A stretch of 64,000 nucleotides of DNA from Paramecium tetraurelia. Its lineage: Eukaryota. The position numbers and the translations under genes were made by a program. This document shows, piece after piece, positions 41,021 through 54,630 of the stretch; the first letter of the stretch is position 1; each line of letters opens with the position of its first letter. A model generated the notes under the pieces. The model saw only the letters and a list, made by a program, of their open reading frames with translations, had not been told where the DNA came from and ran no database searches. Location of the stretch: positions 372,001-436,000 of the forward strand of contig CT868430.1 in the NCBI GenBank assembly GCA_000165425.1, written 5' to 3'.

Positions 41021-42549
41021 ATGAATCGGCAGAATTAAAAGGCTATAAGAGCTTCCTTAAAGAAAGCGCTATTTAATGACAGGAGAAGAAATGCATGTCC
41101 CATTCAAAGTCGCTAAAACTCATCTCCTTCTATTCCCAATAATTAACCTAGAGCTATAAATTAATAATTTAGACATTTTAGCGACGTCTATGAATATGGG
41201 GATGAGTAAATAGGTAAAATGAATATTTATGATTAGGTGAGGGAGCCCATGGAATTGTCAAGAAATGCTATAGAAAAGATCCAAATACCAATTATGGAGC
41301 ATCTGACAGAATTGCATATGCTGTCAAAGTGTTCAGAACTGGAGACACAGAAGTAATCAACACGATAAGGGAGACATTTAACCTAAATCGTGGATTAAAC
41401 GATCTTAATTGTGTTGTTAAAGCTCTAGATTTGTTTATAAATTCAAAAAAAGAAGAGCATCATCTAGTGATGGAATACTGTCCATTTCCTAGTCTAGAAT
41501 AAAGAATAGGATCCTTATGTGAAGAAGACATCTAATAGATCACCTTAAATTTGGCTTAATCTTTGCTTTCTTTGCACTAAAGAGGAGTTTGTCATAGAGA
41601 TTTAAAACCTGATAATATTCTAATAGGAGATTAACTCTCAATCAAATTGATTGACTTTGGAGTCTCAAAAAGATTTTTAGTGAAAGGAAAAGTAACAAAA
41701 AAAATTGATATGTGGACTAGGACTGGTTCATTATTTTATTAAGCACCAGAAATATTTATGGGTGGAGGATATGATGAGAAAAGTATTACAATTACACTAT
41801 TATTGTAGTTGATATTTGGTCAGCCGGTATAATTCTGTATCAGCTATTATTTGGGTAATTGCCTTTTCATTAAGAAACAATTCTAGATACAATCGAAATG
41901 ATTATTGATTCGAAATTGAACTCCACTGCTCTCAGTCAACTAAATCCCTTAATTCAGGATTTATTGAGAAGACTATTGGAAAAAGATCCAAATAAAAGAC
42001 TGTCTGCTGAAGGTATATGTATTTACTATGGTGATTAGGATTTGTTCTACATCCTTGGTTACATACTACTCAATAAAAAAAATCAAATAAAAGTTTTGAT
42101 GATTGCGACATAGTATAAACAAGAAATAATGAAAACATATTACAGACTTCTTAGATAACCATTTAAAGATAGAATTATAGATATTAAAATCAATTAACGG
42201 TACCAATCTAAGAAGAAAGGGAATAAAGCTCATTAAAGAATAGTTGGAATTATTGGGAGAACCATGTTCATTATGTCCCTCAAGATGTAATAAAAATGAT
42301 AAATCTTGATGATGGCTACATAAATTAGGCTGGTACATCTTAAGAATTAGTAAATGATAAAAAGATATCTGATGATTTGACTGATTTTTAAATTGGATTA
42401 GTAAGAACCAATTCAGAACAATTTGATTAACTATGACTAAAAACACTAGATTCATCTTTTTTATTTAAAATAAATCTCCATTATAGCTTGACATCTATTA
42501 GCAAGAAGTTTCTAATTTTTGTTCATAAAGAATTCATAGAATTGGTTGA
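41021..42549 (+). CDS. Ser/Thr protein kinase (CAMK-like)
   Basis: GEGAHGIV, AVK, HRDLKPDN, DFG, TGSLFYQAPE. The 3' end is approximate. Confidence 0.9.
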
Positions 42550-43273
42550 ATTTATGTATTCTTTTTGACAAAATAACTTTACTTTTCGTCAAAAGTTAAG
42601 AATTTCTGAAAATCTAAAAAAAAGAAAATAACATAAGGATACTTTCAATACTTAGCACCCAATAAAATAATTACCATTTTCTAAAGAAACCAAAAAAACT
42701 ATATAGAGAGGATAGGTATTTTATTTAATTATCAAGAGCACTCGAAATATTCTTGTGAAAATACCTAAATGTAACCATATTCTATTTAAAAAAGATCTCC
42801 CTACAAAGAAATTCAAATTAGAATAATAAACATAATTATTATATAAACTAATCTATTCCTTATGATAAATTGAACCTACTCTCATGAAGTTTCCAGAAAT
42901 TCATGAAAAATAATTGTAAATTATATTTTATTTCAATTAAGTGCTTATTTAGTATATAATTAAAATTCATATCATTTTACTTTTTTAAAGCAGCCAAGAT
43001 CAGTATTTAATCTCTATTCAAATCTAAAAATGAATAATTTTGATGGTTATTCATTTAAAAAATGGAAAATTGCTTCAGAATTAACAGAAAATTATCAACT
43101 GAATTCTGATAGAACTATCATTGAATTTTAACAATAGTCAATCTTTTTATCTCAAAATCTAATAAATTTATTCCTAAAGAGTGTTCTAAAGAGACTTTTA
43201 TTAAGTAAAAGAAATTAAGAATTTAAAAACAAAAATTAATTAAATTCAGTTTTCTCGAATTTTGTATATGTAT

Positions 43274-43954
43274 TCATAGAATTTCATTTGTTTTTGTTTT
43301 TACTTTACGACATCGACTTAGTAATAGATTTATAGAAATTAGTATTTTATTAAATAACCCCAGCTGAACCTTTTCGATGAACTGGTGCATAGAAATTATT
43401 TTCAAACTAGTCTTATGTCTACTCGAAATGATTGGGTCTAGAGGTTTTTGGGATGGGAGGCTGAGAATGTCTAGCAGCGAATTGCATCAATTAATTGGCA
43501 AACCCTTTGTTAGGATTTATTTGAGGTCGTTTAGATTTAACAAAAGTAAAGGCCTAATAATAAGTCATTTTTTTCTTCTCTATTAAATAGGCAATTACTA
43601 TGGCTGCAGATCGGGAGACGCCTGCCATACAATGAACTTAGCTTCTTATAACAGATCAATGTTACCTAATACTCCTCCTATGTTAAATCCTCTTTCAATC
43701 CAATCAATGGCTGTTTGAAAATATTAAGAAATATTGGTTAATTCGATATCCAATATTTCTATTTTGTGATGGACTATTCCCTCATATTTTTCATTTAACC
43801 CTGCAGCCACTGTTATGATTGTCCTGATTCCTTTGCTTTTAAGGAACTCCTTTGAGATAATAAATAATGATCATACTAAGTTCAGAGTAGACTCGTAGTC
43901 CCCTAACCACAGAGCTCCTCGGTCGTTGAGAATCAAATTGCAATGTTATTACAT
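43274..43954 (-). CDS. dual-specificity protein phosphatase
   Basis: GALWLG, HCMAGVSRSAAIVIAYL, KRPQINPNKGF. Confidence 0.92.
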
Positions 43955-43965
43955 AAAAATTAATA

Positions 43966-45257
43966 TCATAAAAATTGAAGAGCATCTCCTTAATACTCAA
44001 GACTAAAGAAACTGAAATATTAATCTCCCATCTCTTATAACTCATTTCTATTAAAACAAAATGTCAAATGTCTTGTTTCATTCGTAATTCTTAAGCACTA
44101 CATAAAGGGTAGAATTTGAAATCGGATGACATCTCCTTCTCCGAAAGTAAAATTAACCTTTCTAATAATATGATATCTATTGTCATTTTCTTCCTTCTTT
44201 TTTACTTCTCCCAATCTATTAACTATAAAATCAACTGAATTAGATAATTGTGAAGAACAAACTCCAATTAGTAGATTACCCCTTAAGCGAATTACTCTGC
44301 ATTTCCATTCGTAACCCTCTAAACCTGTAGTAAAATAATAATCTACGTAGAAGTGAAGGAAATCATTTTTCTATTTATTGTAATTGTATGAATTTCTAAT
44401 ATTCAAATGAATTTTACCTAACAAGCCTTGCAATATATAGATTATCTGTAGTGAATTAGTAGTTTGCAGTAAAAATTGTAAAAAAGTTATACTCAGTTAA
44501 GGCTATAAGATCTCCTTTCATCATCCTAGCTATCTTCTCCTCATAATAATTAACCATGTCATCGCAAATTAAATATTGTGTGTATAGATTCTCCAATTGC
44601 TAATCTTAAACCTTAAACAAGTTTTCTATGCAATTCTGCTAATCATTTTAATTATTACATATTTATCATGTGTAGACTCAAGATCACATTTTGGCATCCT
44701 CTTATGACATTTCTAACATTCAACAGGAATCTAAGAGCATTATGCCTCATGTTCCTCTAGTTTATTTTATAAAATGTATTATTAACAACCTCTGCATTAT
44801 TTTTTTCTTTCCTTGCAATTAACAATATGGTTTTCATAATCTGTATATGGTATCACCTAAGTGCAATCTTTTAAATACATTTCCATACCTGAATGAATGC
44901 ATTTCAGTTCGATTTACGATAATAATACTTTCACCAAAGGTATTTCAGTCTTGATAAAGACTCTCTTGCACTTCGGACAATTACTTTCATTCGCAAAGGT
45001 TTCTTCCTCTTCTTCGAAAGTTGATTGTGCACTAACCATTATATGGATAAGTACTTTTTCTAATTTAACCAAGACTCAATGCAGTATTAGCAAAATGATG
45101 AGAAACATCTGTCTTACCCACATGCAATTGGTTTCCATAGAATATTAAAACAAATTGGGCATTGAAGTAAATCGATATTAACACTTGAATTGCATAATTA
45201 TGAAATTGGAATTCCACCTTGTTCTAACATTAATTCAGCTTCTTCTTCCTATTACAT
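43966..45257 (-). CDS. RING + TRAF-type zinc finger + SPRY-like protein
   Basis: CPICFNILWKP RING, TRAF-type HEAQCSQIPVECQKC fingers, coiled coil, then LLIGVC..FGEGDVI SPRY-like beta region. Confidence 0.7.
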
Positions 45258-45427
45258 TTTATACACTAAATTTAATAATAATAAATGATCTCAATTAATA
45301 AAGATGAGATCAATCTAAAATTGCACAATATAAAAATAGTATAATAAAATCTAGAGAATAATACTAATTAATTTCTTAGATATCGTAAGATTTATTTGTT
45401 AAATCAATATTTATTCAAAATTTCAAT

Positions 45428-46662
45428 TCATTAACAATAAATTATTGCCAATCGCTTTTCTTTATACCCATTTTTATGGCTTTGTCGTATAATTCATTAA
45501 GCATTACATCTTTGTTTGGGTGATTAAAGGGCAATTCGAGTTTTCTGTTTACAACTAATTAAAAAAATCGTTTTTTATCATCCTAGATTTCCTCTGTGAT
45601 ATTGTCTGAAGTTGTTTATCTTGACAATATACAATTTGCTTTTGGACTTTGAAGACTATCATTTGAGCTGCCATCTTTATTGAATATCATTATTAATTCT
45701 ATTTTTTTTTGCTTCTCTTTAACTACAGATATTAATTTTTAAACATTAAATTAAATATTGTATTTTGATTCCTTAAATGATTTTGAGTTTGTGATGTCCT
45801 TAAGATGCACTACCTCTTTTTGAAGGAGATTACTATCTTCGTTTTGTTTAATGATCTTATCTATCGAAACTTGGATAGGTTCCAACATGGGATCGTATTT
45901 TATGGATTTTAAGATGATATTTTTCAGTTGTATGATTTTCCCATTGATATCATCTATTTAGGTTTTAATCAATTATTTAGGGTAATATTGAGATTTTGTT
46001 CTTTTTTGGAGGAGTTAAATAATATTTGTGCTATCTTACTTCTAGTTAAGATTGGCATCCAAATTTTTGGAACTATAGTGACATACAGTGATGGCTGATG
46101 TCTCAGCTCTTGGGGTATAGTTGGTGGATGATCTATGTTTATGAGATTTGATATCATTTTCATTTTATTTGGATGGAGGTTGGTTTTTAGGAGTAGAATC
46201 GTTTTTGATTATATTTTTCATTTTGTTGAATTGAAAATGTTTTGTCTCAGGAGAAATCTTAATTTTCTTTGAATTATTAATTTGATTTATTATTTATTCC
46301 TTCTGTGGTTTCTATTTACATTGATGATAACTAGCGAGGATCTATAGAATTTACTATAAGGAATTCTTGTCAAATTTAACGATTGGTCGCTAATTCTTCT
46401 ATGACACAGGATGATTTGTAGAAAGACTATTATTATTCTAAATTAAGAGGGTTTATTCATATTTTGAATTATCAAATGGCTATAATATGCTATCATTCAG
46501 CTGTTACGACGAGTCTGTGATTGACGAAAAAATTCGCTCATATTCTTTAGGCAATTCGATATTCGAACTAAAATTTTATAAAGGTATTTGAAAAGTTCTT
46601 CTCTCTTCAACCTCAATTTCATCATCAACATGATGGAAAATTGGATTCATAAATCCTTTCAT
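45428..46662 (-). CDS. hypothetical low-complexity protein
   Basis: Long open code-6 frame from ATG 46662 to TGA 45428. Confidence 0.65.
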
Positions 46663-46694
46663 TTTTAATTATTATTTAATATCTCAATACATGA

Positions 46695-48154
46695 TCAATT
46701 ATTATATAATACGTTATTGATAACAAGGTTCTAGAATAGTTGCTCTTATACTACTTCCAAGTGTTATATCATGAATCTTGATGTAACTAAGATGACTATA
46801 GAGTTTTAACAAATTTGGGTGAATGATGATAAATTATAATTAACATATATATAATTCAGTTAAGTTTTTTATGTAATCTAGTTTAGAAACACCTCATTTT
46901 TTATTTAAGATCATAGTTTTCTTAACTTAATAATATTACCTATTCTTAATATTTATCAGCCTTCTCACATAATAATTATTTTGAAACCAAGTAATCACTT
47001 TCCAACATCTGAACATATTCTTTAAGGTTCCTCTAATTAAATTATTATTTCCTTATAATTTTGAGCTGATTTTATAAGAGTTATAATTATGCTCTTTGTT
47101 CCTTCAATTATTTTGTTGATTTACAAAGACATTCTTCATATTATATGCATAATTCTGACTTTTCATCTAAGGCCTTTCTAAGATGGGTAGTCAAGTCTTT
47201 ATCTTCATAACTATCTTCCAATAATTCAAAAGCTGTTATATTGATATCTTCTCTTTAATTCTAATCATTTGAATGAGCTGTCTATTATAATTAATAATTC
47301 TCTGAGTGCACTTTGTCTTTGCTTTCATTATGTGTTTCCAACTAATCTTTCAATTCATTTATCTGACAGAGTAGTTCTTTGTTATTTTATGTTAATTTAT
47401 TATTTTAAAGCTTTAGTGCAGATGCCTATTTTGATGTTTAACTTATTTGGATATTTTATTTCTTTTATAACTTGTAATGAATACATTAAGTTTAATATCT
47501 ATGCTATTTTTCTCTTTCTAGAAATGTTCCTTCATTAATTCCATTTGTCTTTGCATTTTGATTAACTGTTAGTTTAGTTCTTAACTTTCATCTAATAACT
47601 ATTAATTAATATTTGTCAACTAATTGATAGTGTTCCTATCAAACATCTACTAATTCTCTTTCATTTCCAACTAGAATATGATAATTGTTATACCTCCCTA
47701 TCAAGCGAGTATACCTTCTCTTCCAAATAATGTAAAGTTTCCAACATTTCAATTTTCTCTTATTGTCCATCATTACTACTCTATTGCATTTGATCCAATA
47801 GGTATGTGTTCCACTTTCTTTCCTATTCTTATAATTACTCGAAATGTTTCATCTAAATTGCGTCAATCCTTTAATTCAATTCATTTATGTGACTTTGTTA
47901 AAACAAACTATTTACTTTTTGAGTTGCATAATTTCATCATCTTTATTATATTATCTAGATCCATGATTGGCTTAAATCATAGCTTCTAATTATTATATTT
48001 TTTCATCCTTCTCCATTATAATATCAATAGCACTCTTCTCGAGTTCTTAAATCTATAACTACAATTGAGATATGAATTATTTCATGCTCTTTAACATTTG
48101 GCTTTTCTAATCCTAATCTAAATGCTCGAATTCTTCGATATATTTGTTATCCAT
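46695..48154 (-). CDS. coiled-coil protein
   Basis: E/K/Q-rich heptad frame from ATG 48154. The stop position is approximate. Confidence 0.7.
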
Positions 48155-49027
48155 ATTAATAATTATTAAAATAGGGCATTATTTACAAATTTAGTGCTGA
48201 ATAATTTTCATAACATCTAAAATAACAGAACAATCTTCAGTTATTCTTAGATTAAAGATTAAATCACTTAAATTTAAGTGGCTCAAGAAAACTCAATTAC
48301 TATTGTTTTAAGAGTCTCCATATGAATATACTAGCCTCAATCTGTATTCTATGTGACTATCTTACAATCTATTCCTATACTCTCTTCTATAACCTTAATT
48401 GAAATAAATAAGTAGATTAAAAGCATTAAATGACTACCAATATATTTGAAATTTAATTAATTGTCTATATACTGAAATATTATATATAAGACCATAAAGT
48501 CAGCTTATTCTAGAATCATCTAAATATTCATATAAATCATTTGGTAAAAATTTAGTAACAAGGGAATAATAACTAGTTGCTGGATGAGTTTTTGAGTTTC
48601 AAGATAATATATAATAAACTATAAATGAGAGAGTACAATTAATAATTTTGAAGTACCAAAAAATAGTTTATCTTTATTTATTTAGATATAAAAAGATCTA
48701 TTAACTATGTAACTTTAAATGCAATTTATTATTGAAATATGATGTGATTATAGTTAGAAATGAGGAAGGAATTAATAGAATGAGTGCAAAATAGAATTTA
48801 AAAATTTGACAACAATGTTGTTTTGGAAGGAATATTTATTAGTTTTTAATTAAAAGATAATGTATTTTGACAATTTAAGATTTCTAACTGGAAATTATCT
48901 CGAAAGAATATAATTAGCAATTTAATGATATAGGAACTCAGATTTTAGAGTCTTCAGTGAGTATGAGTAAATAATCGAAATAAGCTAACTGATTAAGAAC
49001 AAATTTTTTGATTATTTTATTTGAATT

Positions 49028-49568
49028 ATGGGCTGTTGTATTAATACTCCGTATGTATATCCTGATGGAGGGGTCTATGATGGTGAACTGAAAAACGGTC
49101 TTCCTGTATATAATCAACTTAATCTAGCACGGAAAAGGTAAAATTTAGTGGAAAAATGGAGATTACTTCGAAGGAGTCTTCGAGTGTGGGAAAAAGAATG
49201 GTAGAGGAATATTTAAATGGAGTGATTCATCATATTATGACGGAGAATTTAAAAATGAAAATTTTCATGGATAGGGAGAATATCAATGGTATGGAGGCAG
49301 ACTCTACAAAGGATAATGGGTTGAAGGAAAAATGGAAGGTCAAAGTGTACTAATTGATGATGGCAAACATTATCAAGGTTGAATTCTTTATGTATTTTGA
49401 GGCTAATTCAAAAATGACAAAAAAGAAGGCATAGGTGAAATGAAATGGTCTAATGGGTAACAATACATAGGGGAATGGAAGAATGGGAAATAAGATGGTA
49501 AAGGAAAACTTATTGATGCTAATGGTCATTTAACAGAGGGGTTATGGATTAAAGGAAAGAAATAATGA
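49028..49568 (+). CDS. small MORN-repeat protein (MGCC N-terminus)
   Basis: MGCCINTPYVYPDGGVYDGELKNG followed by about 6 MORN repeats. Confidence 0.88.
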
Positions 49569-49940
49569 TTCATTATTTTTGTTATTTTCACATGTTGCTG
49601 TTTATGTTTTTATTATAAATCAATGACCAATATTATTTTAATTTAAATAATCTTATTTATGTACTTAAAGTACAAAATATTGTTGCATTTACTATTTGAT
49701 TTTTGAGTAGATGAATGTAGTTTTTCAGATGATTTAATTATTAATTAATTTTATCATAATATTGTGAGAATAATTTGAGTGCTTCAGAATTAACTGATTA
49801 TAATGATCGTTATTTCAGAATGATAAAATAATATCTGGGTAATATTAAGTTTTTAATAATAGACTGAATTTCATTTTTTTCTTCTTTAACTCAATTAAGG
49901 AATATTAAAGCTAGTTTAGAATAAAACATATTAAATATTA

Positions 49941-50446
49941 TCATTCACATTCGCTCCAGTTCTATTATGAAAATCGTTCATTGAAGATGAGAGCAATGCG
50001 ATTATCACTTGATCTAGCACTGCTTAAAAGAAAACCTTTGGAACTAGTAGTGATATCTGTATCTCTTTAATATAATTTTTGACTCATACTTTCTTAAATT
50101 GATCATAAATTTCTTTTTCGGCAATAGCATTTTAGCAGGTCTTTTACCTTTAAATTTGCTATGACTCCCAATTGAGACATCATCTGAAAAATTCTTGAAG
50201 CTTTTTGGAGAATAGTCCTCGCCAGAATAATTATGAAAATTTTCTAGGAGTCGAAATTCATCTCTGTCTTCAAGGAATTAATTCATTGCAATTTCTATTC
50301 TTTCATCTTTTTAGATTACCAGGTCTAATTCAATCATAGCAGATACCTTTTAATTTGCCTTTCTATTCTTCATTTATCTGATTTTTCTTACAAAGCATGT
50401 AGATCTTGTAAAATAGTTTTCCCTCGAAGCTATCTATCCTCTCCAT
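49941..50446 (-). CDS. small hypothetical protein
   Basis: Open frame from ATG 50446. The end is approximate. Confidence 0.55.
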
Positions 50447-50598
50447 TTATATTTATTAATATTATTACAAAACAATTTATTCGCAAAAATTACAATAATG
50501 CAAAAATTAATTAGAATCTTAATTCCAAATGACTCCAAAATAAAATTTAATTACACCTATTAGATAATAAATTATGATTAATTGTTTACATTATAGAA

Positions 50599-51934
50599 AT
50601 GCATTGTCATTTAGGATTCATAATATTCTAGTGGATGTTATTTTATTTATTTTCTTCTTATTAATTTCATAATTTGAATTTAGCAATCTGATTTGAATAT
50701 TAACTAAGTGTATTTATTAGTTTAATATCTAGAATGGTGTTAAGATCGAATTATAAGATCAATAATAATGAATTTTCGCAGTAACAAATAGTAGATTTAT
50801 GGAATAAAATTGATGTATTTTATAGATGATAGTAATATTTAATGTGCATTTTCGAACTTCATCATTAAATGATTGCATTATCTAATAACAAATGGTTTAT
50901 TTAAATCAAAAAATAACATTTTTAAAATTGAATAGTTAATGTAAATTACACCTTTTATTGATGCTTATAAACTTGATGATTTAGTGTCAGCTCAAAAGCA
51001 TAAAATAATTGCTCCTGTTTTTCAAAACTATAAGGTAGAAACATAAGATTACCTGATTTCACCAAATGGGTAATTCATAGCAATTATGTATAACATGGAG
51101 CCGATGCTGAAACAGGACAAATAATTCTCTATTGTGTAATTATTCAATATAATAACTGGAGAACAGAGTCACTCACAATAAGTGGATTAAGAATGCCCCG
51201 TCATCTCTATGTAATTTAGTTTTGATTCAAGCATATTTGTTGTATTGGATTTCTTCAATTTAATTCTCTTCAATGTTGAAGAAAAAAATAAAATAGCCAT
51301 AATAAAATTAAAAAGTGATGGCATAGTTTCGATTGATTCAGAGAACAATGTTATTTTGGGCTCATCAAATAATCAAATTATTGTGTATTCTACAAAAAAG
51401 GCATTTTAAGAAACTTTGCAATTTGATAGATTAGTAGATCATCTTCAAAAGCTGGGAGCCAATAAGGTAATTTATATTTGTGGTTGCAATTAATATCTAT
51501 TTAATTTGCAAAATAACAAAGTACTGCGAAGATGGATGAACCATGAATTCGAAATAAAGGATTAAATAATTTATAAAAAACTTCTGATGATTTAATCATG
51601 GTATGACAAGTTTAGATCAGTGTATATTAAACTATAGTAATCAGGAAGAATTATTAGGAAATACATCAGAAGTTCTAATAGAAAAGAGATATTTAGAATA
51701 ATGGAGGATAAATCATCAGTTTCAATCTAGAAATTTTATATTTGCAAAACAAAATAGCCAATATTGAATGTTTCAAAGAGTGTATTTAAAATTGAAATGA
51801 TAATTACAAAATTTGATTTAATATAAGGGCGATAGAGAAGATATTATTTCAAGATTGATGAGGATTCTTGGAAGGAGATTCCAATTTATATCTTATTAGA
51901 TAATTAACTGAAATATTATCTTTTGATAATTTGA
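50599..51934 (+). CDS. hypothetical protein, possibly divergent beta-propeller
   Basis: Long open frame with ISPNGQFIAI and FSFDSSIFVV, which resemble WD-type strands. Confidence 0.5.
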
Positions 51935-51998
51935 ATTATTCATTACTGCATTTTTAGTATTGTTATATCTGTTTATATATTTAGCCTATAGCAATTTA

Positions 51999-52586
51999 TC
52001 ATTTTTTATAAAATGGAGCTGACAGCTTTCTTATTCTTTTATAAGGATCTTCGGATTTCTTGGGAACATTTAATCTTCGAGTCAAATCAGTTTACTAAGT
52101 AGCTGTTTATTGAGTTTTTAAGAATTGTTTAAAAGACTGTGCACTTGGAGTTTGAGCCAATCTAAAGCAATCCTATTATTTTATTGGAGGACAAGGTTCG
52201 TAATCTCTTAAAGATGTGAAGAAGTTCGTTCTTCTTTGAAACTTTTATGATGATGGAGCCAGTCCTCCTTCATCAGCACTAGAAAATAAGAAATTAAAAT
52301 TACATTACATAATTATCTCTTCCAGATCCATCACTTTGATAGTGTCTAAATTTGGGTACCATCATAGGAGCAGGAGGTTTCCATTGTTTTTATTTGCTAA
52401 AGGTTCCTAATTCAGGATGCACACATTAAATTTAAATTTCTTTCCAAATTCCTCCATTTTATAAAGTGACATAGGAATCCCTACCTTATGATATCCTTCG
52501 ATAAATTTACCAGTTCCATCTGGTGCATAGTGTGTCATTTTGGCTTCCAGGGTTCCAGCAGTTGCGCATCTTTGTAATTTTGACAT
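51999..52586 (-). CDS. hypothetical protein with PDGTG-RDSY motif
   Basis: HYAPDGTG|RDSYV across a tiny intron. TGA 51999-52001. Confidence 0.65.
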
Positions 52587-52834
52587 GTCAATATTTAATA
52601 TTAAAAATAATAATTGAAAATGCTCGTTATATTATGTTGATAATCATTAATAAACTTGCATAGATAATTTATAATAATATAATCTTAACAATTTAATTAT
52701 TTATCAACTAAATAACATTCTAACTGTTCCTTTGAAATGAAAATCTAGATCTATGATTAAGTATACCAGATGGCATGGCATCTTCGATCTTGCTTTGTTT
52801 TCTTGATTATTATTAAAATAAAATAATATTATTA

Positions 52835-54630
52835 ATGAGATATGCATAAAATAGTTCAAGTGAATTCGTTTTAGGGATAGCATTTTTGGTGTTGGGCATG
52901 ATTTACACAACGATATTCTTTTTTGGTGTAATCAGATATTGTAAAATGGGGAAGAGAACAAAATACTTGGGAAAGCAATTTTACTTATCTATTGTATTGT
53001 CTTGTTTGGCATATATGTTGAATATGGCTTTGTACTTATATGATGTACATTTACAAATGTAAAATAGGTTTTTAAATCTCAACCTACTGATGAGTATATT
53101 GTGAGTATTGAAAAATAGCTGTTAAATACAATATATGTTCCTGATGGCTTATTTTGGATAGTTTATCAATCATTGTTTTGGACAGTGGTTTGTTTGCATT
53201 ATGACTCACATCTGCATATAGGATAATAGGATGAACTTCCATATAATCCAAATATGTTGATTAATGCTACAAAAGACATTTGTTTAGTATATGGAATAGC
53301 TCAATTAATTGTTGTGTTATTATATAACTTTGATTAAATTAAAAGTGGAGTATTATTTTACATCAACATCTGCATCAATCTATCGATTCCTGTCTAATTG
53401 ATAATAACATCTCTATACCTATAATATAAATATTCAGGATCCCCATTCAAATCGTCAAAATAAGAAAATAATTCAAATAGATTGTAAAAGTTAATATTTT
53501 ATTGGACAATCCTAAGAGTTTTTCAAATCATTAGCAATATTTTATTAATGGAAAATCAGGAAAGTATAGAGAAGTTCTTTTCATCCCAATTAAGTCAAAA
53601 CCAACTGTTGTTGTATATTTCAATACTCATAATTGATCTATTATTGACTAACATATTTCCATTTATCTTGGCCCTTAGACAGTAAAGTTTTTCGATATTT
53701 TTGGGTCACAAAAATACTACAATGAGTACTGTTTCAGATCAGCCAATTCATTAACAATTGATAAATGATAATAAGAGCTCAGTAATGGAGAGGAAATAGA
53801 TTTAATTTGATTACAATGAAATAATGAGATAGAATATGAATTAATAAGCAAAACGATAAAAACCAAATGGATTCGGATACATTATTGTCTGTCAAATATA
53901 ATAAAAAAGTTATGGAATGAGAGTGATTGAATTCAAATAACTGTAACCTTATTTGATTGAATAGATAAAGTAGGAAATTGAATAAGTGAATTAATTAAAT
54001 CATTAACAACTTTATCACATTCGTGGATTCAAAATAGTAGAAAGTAAGGTAGTATATCTAACCAAATTTTATTAATATTCCTTACACAGTTATCTAGCAT
54101 AGTATTAGATTTCGATAGAAGAAAAGATTAAGATCTTAATTTAACTGTTAAATGGACTCAATTATCTGCACAAATAAGGTCTTTGTCATGGGAGTTTGAC
54201 ATCGGAAAATGTAATGGTTAAACCAAATGGTCATGTCAAAATAAGTAAATGTGATATGTTATCTTTTCTAGTTGATTTCGGTCTATTTGGGATTAAGAAA
54301 TACTAATCATTATTGTAGTTTTACACAAACAAATCTGCATTTACAGCTCCAGAATTGATTTAACAAAGAGGGTTGGTTGTGAGTGGATCATAATAAGGAG
54401 ACATATACAGTGTTGGAATGATTATGTATGAGATGTTTGAAAAGAAAGTGCCTTTTGAAGGATTATAACTATAAAATATTTAGGATTGTCTTAACAAAGC
54501 AGTAAGGCCTAAGATTGAGTCTCAATCTTTGATGGATGATATCATTAGATGGTGTTGGCAACAGGATATAGAGAAGAGACCATTGGTTGATTAGTTATTA
54601 AATGTAATTGAAAAAATATAAATAAAATGA
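52835..54630 (+). CDS. multi-TM (GPCR-like) receptor fused to TKL-type pseudokinase
   Basis: About 7 hydrophobic segments, then a kinase fold with LCHGSLTSEN, DFG, FTAPE, DIYSVG and CWQQDIEKRP. TGA 54628-54630. Confidence 0.8.
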
